Source: Verrucomicrobiia bacterium
Lineage (GTDB): Bacteria > Verrucomicrobiota > Verrucomicrobiia > Limisphaerales > Fontisphaeraceae
Reading direction: 5' to 3'
Length of the DNA stretch: 64,000 nt
Assembly: GCA_026414565.1 (NCBI GenBank)
Contig: JAOAIT010000065.1
Location: forward strand, 193 to 64,192
This document shows, one piece after another, positions 60,701 through 64,000 of the stretch. A model generated the notes under the pieces. The model made no database searches. It was not told the origin of the DNA and saw nothing but the letters and a program-made list of their open reading frames with translations. How positions within the stretch are numbered: position 1 is the stretch's first letter; each line of letters begins with the position of its first letter. The position numbers and the translations under genes were made by a program.

Positions 60701-63700
60701 CTGGCGCAAGTTCGCGGGCAGGTTGATGATTCGCCCCAGATTCTGCCCCCCCACAATCACATCCGTGGCCGAGCGCGTGAAAGTGAAGTCGTTGTCCCAC
60801 ATCAAATAAACCGCCTTGTGATCCTCGGGGCGGAAATAAATCATCACGTTGTGATTCAACCAGAACGTGTAGGTGTCATTCACGCCACACAAGGTGATCA
60901 ACGCATACGCTCGCAGCCATTCCGGCAAATCCATCAGTTGCCGCGTTTGGTTCTCCAGGGCCGTCCCGCTCAGACTGAAGGCTTTGCCCAACGCCATGAT
61001 GGGACGGTAGTCATCGCTTGCCCGCTGATTTTTGCGAAGGTAATAATAGCGGTAGTTCTCCTTGTCATTGCCGTGATCGGTGAGATCCACATACTGCGTC
61101 GCATTCGGCTGGGGTAGTTTGTAACCGTCCGAGGTCGCGCTGGTGGAATAATAAACCCCCTCCATCTCAAACAACATGCCCCGCTCCCCCTCTTGAAAAG
61201 CGGTGGCGATAAACTCATCCTCATAACTGGGGGTGAGCAGCGCGGGGCCATTCTCAGTCCCGCGGGGCGAAAGCACCCGCGCCACGTCCAAGTGCATGGT
61301 GGGAATGCCGCCGGCCACCAGGGCGAGATGCCGCACCACGATCTCCTCATTCACCGGCGAACTGTCGCCCGGCCGGCGATCCAATCCCATGGTGGGGTGA
61401 ACCCCACGGAATTTCTGATCCGGTTGAAATGCCAGATGAAACCCGACCCGGTTGCTGAAAGGCCGGCCGTTCATGCTGCTTTTCAAGCGCAGCCCCACGT
61501 TGTAATACGCCACCCGCTCATTGTAGATCACGGTGCACGGCCAGTTGTGATTGCTCATGACGTTGGTCGCCTGATGCAGCCAGGCGGCCAGCGCCGGCGT
61601 GGTAATAATGCGGAAAGTATGTCCCGGAAAGGCCGTTGCCTGCCCGTCATTGACCTTGTACAGGGCGCCCCCCTGTGGCCCCTCCGCCGGGAAGGTCGCC
61701 GCCGCGCCCAGACCATCCACCGCCCGCACGTAGAACTGCACCACGGCTCCGGAGGAGTAGCCCGGGATGACGCCCTGATAATCCCCCTCAGCACTCAAGC
61801 TCATGGGCGCGTTGGACCAGGCACCGCTGTTGACCGACCAATACACCTGGCACTGGCTCACGCCCTGGGGATCGCTGGCCCGCACGCGCACCGTCACCGG
61901 CGCCCCCACCGGCGGCACCACCGGTTCATGCGCCAAACCGGCGAACGTAGGCCCGGGATTCGCCTCGTAACGGGAATTGCGCGCCCCCGGCGTGCCGTTG
62001 CGCTGTGGCGCCTCCAGTTCCGTCGTGCGCGCTACGCGGTTGAACCACAGCCGCGTATTCAGCAAACGGCTGCCGCCCAACCATTTGGCCCGATAACTGA
62101 TTTCATACTCCCGGCCGTCCGTCACACTCAAGCCGTCCTTCAACGTGGTCGCAATGTGATTATGCATGTGCTCCTGTGGCCCGCTGGCCACCACATACAA
62201 CACCCGGTTGCCGGGCTGGTCCGGATCTTCGATCACGCGGCTGAACATGTGGGTGCCCAATACCCGCCAGCCCGCCAGGCCGTTCTCAAAATTCCCATTG
62301 GCAATCATCTCCACCGGATTATTGGTGGGCGACTGGATCACCCGGATGTCATCCACCAAACATTCCCCCGCCGCCTGCAAACCCAGGATAAACTCGCGCC
62401 ATACACTGTCTGGATTGGCCGTGGTGCTGGCCTGAGCCGTCATCCGATAGGTATAAGTGCGCCACCCCCCCTTGCTGCCTTCCTCGCTCGCCGCCCAAGC
62501 TTCGGCACTGGCGGGATCGGAAAAAGGATTCCGCAACTCAAGGCTGGAACCGCCCCCATCCGCATATTTAGGCCAGCGTCCCCACGAGTAAAAGCGCACC
62601 ACCGCTGCCGGGTTGCCCTGCGCATCCAACAGCCGCAACGGCAGATCCTCCGAAGACAAGCGGCCGCTGTAATTGCCCAGGATGTCCACGCCGGGAAATG
62701 TGGCCCGCAAAGCGATGGCATCCCTGGCCACCACCAGATACGCCCCTGGCGCCAGCAGTTTGCCCTCGGGAAAGTCATAGCGCACCGCCCCCTCCAAACG
62801 CCAGCCGGTCAAATCCACCGGATTGGTTCCGCGATTATACAATTCCAACCATTCTTCGGGATTCTCCTCGGGCGGCAAGTCCCCCACAGCAGGATAAGGC
62901 TGGTGATGATACATGATCTCATTGATGACCACGTCCCGTCGCAGCCAAACCTCATTTGTCGTGCCAGGGGTAGTTTGCCGGGGGACCAGCCAGGATCCGG
63001 TGCCTTCGGGATGACGCGCCTGAGGATGATTCTTCGCCACCACGGCATCATAAACGCGCCCCTTGCCGGGTGCGTAGAACACCACCCGATCGCCGTCGTC
63101 CGCCCCAAAACCCACAGTGGCCCGTTGTAACACCCAGCGTTCCCCCGGCTCCAACGTCCGCGCCGGCAGCACATATTCCGCGTAATGCGTGCCAAACCTT
63201 GCCAGCACACAGCCGTCCAGCGCCACCGGCCCGCGGCCGTAATTGTACAATTCCACCCAAAATTGCTGATTGGTCACAGCGGGCAGCTCGTTCAACGCCA
63301 CCGTCAAATCCGGCGCCAGCACCCCGCCGGGGGCGTTGGTGACATAAGTCACCTCCTCCAACTGCAGGCCAAATACCACATCTGAACTGGTGCTGTTCAC
63401 CTGATGCACCTCAGCCGCCAAAATGTTGGTGCCGGGGCGCAGGCTGGCGGCAGATATGCCAAACGGCCCCTCGTAGGCCGCGTCATTCACTGTCCGGCTG
63501 GCCAGGGTGGTGGACGTCACCGGATCATTCACCCCCAACCGCCAGACCTCCACGCCATTGAGATAAACCACCACCCCGTCATCCACCACGTGCCGTAAGG
63601 CCAGCGTGGCCCGGCTCACCTCCCCCGTATAAACAAAGGTGGTGCGGAAATAATACGTGAGCTTGTTTGCCCCAACGGTTAAGGGTGTGCGAATCGGCTC

Positions 63701-64000
63701 CGGCAGGCAGTTGCAATCCTCCCGCGCCAGCAACGCCGCGCCCTGCGGCCAACTGCTGTCATCGTACTCCGGATTGCGCCAGGCCGCGCCCCGGTCCGTT
63801 CCAGATTCCTCATAACGCCACACGGCGTCCACCGGCACCAGTGTCCGGCTTTGCGTGGTAATCGTCAGGCGCGGCGTGTTCGCCATCCCGGGAGAACCAC
63901 CCACCGAAAGGCTCGCTCGCCAGTTGGCCGGGTCTCTGCTGGCCAGCTCCTCATCTATCTTGGCCAGCGACGGCCCCGCCCCATCGGCCGCCACCGGCCA
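57737..64000 (-). CDS. Giant secreted CotH-kinase-family protein with multiple lamin-tail (LTD) domains; 5' end probably beyond the window
   Basis: More than 2085 aa. The track start at 63994 is only a GTG and the frame is open to the window edge. LTD-like units are FWVELYNYGRGPVALDGCVL, VINEIMYHH...EWLELYNRGTNPVDLTGWRL, FTEIMAQP...YVELFNRSVTTSFDMSGWRI, LNEVAPMG...WVEIYNAGSQTVSLQGLYL and INEWMASN...WFELYNPGTQAVDLADCYL. The CotH-like core runs around RVGFHLAF...NHNVMIYFRPEDHKAVYLMWDNDFTF. Confidence 0.7.
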   Translation of the reverse strand, partial: WPVAADGAGPSLAKIDEELASRDPANWRASLSVGGSPGMANTPRLTITTQSRTLVPVDAVWRYEESGTDRGAAWRNPEYDDSSWPQGAALLAREDCNCLPEPIRTPLTVGANKLTYYFRTTFVYTGEVSRATLALRHVVDDGVVVYLNGVEVWRLGVNDPVTSTTLASRTVNDAAYEGPFGISAASLRPGTNILAAEVHQVNSTSSDVVFGLQLEEVTYVTNAPGGVLAPDLTVALNELPAVTNQQFWVELYNYGRGPVALDGCVLARFGTHYAEYVLPARTLEPGERWVLQRATVGFGADDGDRVVFYAPGKGRVYDAVVAKNHPQARHPEGTGSWLVPRQTTPGTTNEVWLRRDVVINEIMYHHQPYPAVGDLPPEENPEEWLELYNRGTNPVDLTGWRLEGAVRYDFPEGKLLAPGAYLVVARDAIALRATFPGVDILGNYSGRLSSEDLPLRLLDAQGNPAAVVRFYSWGRWPKYADGGGSSLELRNPFSDPASAEAWAASEEGSKGGWRTYTYRMTAQASTTANPDSVWREFILGLQAAGECLVDDIRVIQSPTNNPVEMIANGNFENGLAGWRVLGTHMFSRVIEDPDQPGNRVLYVVASGPQEHMHNHIATTLKDGLSVTDGREYEISYRAKWLGGSRLLNTRLWFNRVARTTELEAPQRNGTPGARNSRYEANPGPTFAGLAHEPVVPPVGAPVTVRVRASDPQGVSQCQVYWSVNSGAWSNAPMSLSAEGDYQGVIPGYSSGAVVQFYVRAVDGLGAAATFPAEGPQGGALYKVNDGQATAFPGHTFRIITTPALAAWLHQATNVMSNHNWPCTVIYNERVAYYNVGLRLKSSMNGRPFSNRVGFHLAFQPDQKFRGVHPTMGLDRRPGDSSPVNEEIVVRHLALVAGGIPTMHLDVARVLSPRGTENGPALLTPSYEDEFIATAFQEGERGMLFEMEGVYYSTSATSDGYKLPQPNATQYVDLTDHGNDKENYRYYYLRKNQRASDDYRPIMALGKAFSLSGTALENQTRQLMDLPEWLRAYALITLCGVNDTYTFWLNHNVMIYFRPEDHKAVYLMWDNDFTFTRSATDVIVGGQNLGRIINLPANLRQLYAHLQDLMDTYYNTNYLAYWLAHYGPFSSATYTHRASYIQQRSDYVRSVIAGAGGNSVFSVVSTNVSVAGSNVVTLTGTAPVTVQNILVNGVAWPVTWNSVSSWTLRLPVSAATNRLQITATDLRGRVLSNAAATVQAVVNVTPDSPAGNVIFTEIMAQPLQPGAEYVELFNRSVTTSFDMSGWRINGLDYTFPPGSYLAPRSYLVLVKNRWAYLAAYGLQAPLFDEYPGNLQAGGETLTLLMPGAEGGAEVVVDRVRYEGDLPWPAAAVSGTGSAYQLIDVNQDNARAGNWTAQYVPPVYEPGVYQPARTNSGWRQVVLTGSIGVGVGGGAQRLLIYLGETNGASAIIDDICLVEGTNAAVGFNYVRNGDFELPLVENPVLTNSWLIPTNYTNTAIVSSPVRSGQGALRLECTTFGNSYGRVISQNLSPAPAPNTICTLSFWFWSTNSATNLVVRIQNSAALTTGGAGTNILPVITPEVNLPPRLVSPAVTYRTPGTANQFAATLPAFPPLWLNEVAPMGTAGCRDAAGEEEPWVEIYNAGSQTVSLQGLYLSSNYSNLTQWAFPSGASLGPGQYLVVFCDGQPAQSTAQEWHANFRLSPAGGGVALSRLHNGQPQVLDYVNYRALPDNRSYGSYPDGQPFARQQFIYPTPAAPNDPRRLPLVVFINEWMASNQRTLQDPVDGDYEDWFELYNPGTQAVDLADCYLTDTLTNRFKYRITTNGAHLIPPQGYLLVWADEETAQNTDAQGRPRADLHVNFKLSAAGEAIGLYAADGTAIDTVEFGVQTNDVSMGRLPDGGPELVFMPGSASPRGPNWVRGGNLAPVVVPVANRTVFVGQTLGMLLSASDPDGPTQTLRFSLEPGAPSGAQVTADGYFSWLPTLEGLYVIAVRVTDNGQPPLSATTSFLVEVLPRPVLGKVGLQNGCLDISWPSRPGLVYVLDYKERLDAPAWTPFLTNRAGGETLRVTNITVLGPQGYFRLRTSAGE

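Overview
This is a high-GC bacterial chromosomal segment. Its gene content (Alternative Complex III, Mrp antiporter, giant LamG, lamin-tail and CotH secreted proteins) suggests a PVC-superphylum, Verrucomicrobiota-like genome, but that is inference only. Left part, 0.3-15.1 kb, all minus strand: ogt followed by a tandem kinase-like gene, two tail-anchored coiled-coil proteins, and a complete ACIII operon (actABCDEF plus a small subunit). The ACIII operon is translationally coupled to a cbb3-like module made of a CcoN-like gene, a CcoO-like gene and a monohaem cytochrome c. Middle part: hisD-hisC, a B12-binding radical-SAM protein, tRNA-Leu(CAA), an S9 peptidase, a UbiA/MqnP-like prenyltransferase, tRNA-Gln(TTG), an 1110-aa GHMP-kinase-like/UDPGP-like fusion, arsR-acr3 and a seven-gene mrpABCDEFG operon. 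Right half, 34.2-64 kb: an uninterrupted minus-strand array of predicted secreted, carbohydrate-associated multidomain proteins. These comprise a GH5-like protein, an FGE-domain fusion, a DUF4832-like protein, a transglutaminase-like/BNR protein, a PQQ-propeller protein, a WbsX/GH99-like protein, a frameshifted BNR protein, two SGNH-esterase fusions, a triple-LamG protein with near-identical internal DNA repeats, and a giant CotH/lamin-tail protein truncated by the window edge. I saw no CRISPR array, IS element, integrase or rRNA. The most unusual observation is that the ACIII-linked CcoN-like subunit has only five histidines in total, so it cannot carry the six invariant His ligands of a catalytic haem-copper oxidase. 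All family assignments come from motif recognition by eye and no searches were run. Many long ORFs in the track are antisense shadows typical of high-GC DNA and were ignored.
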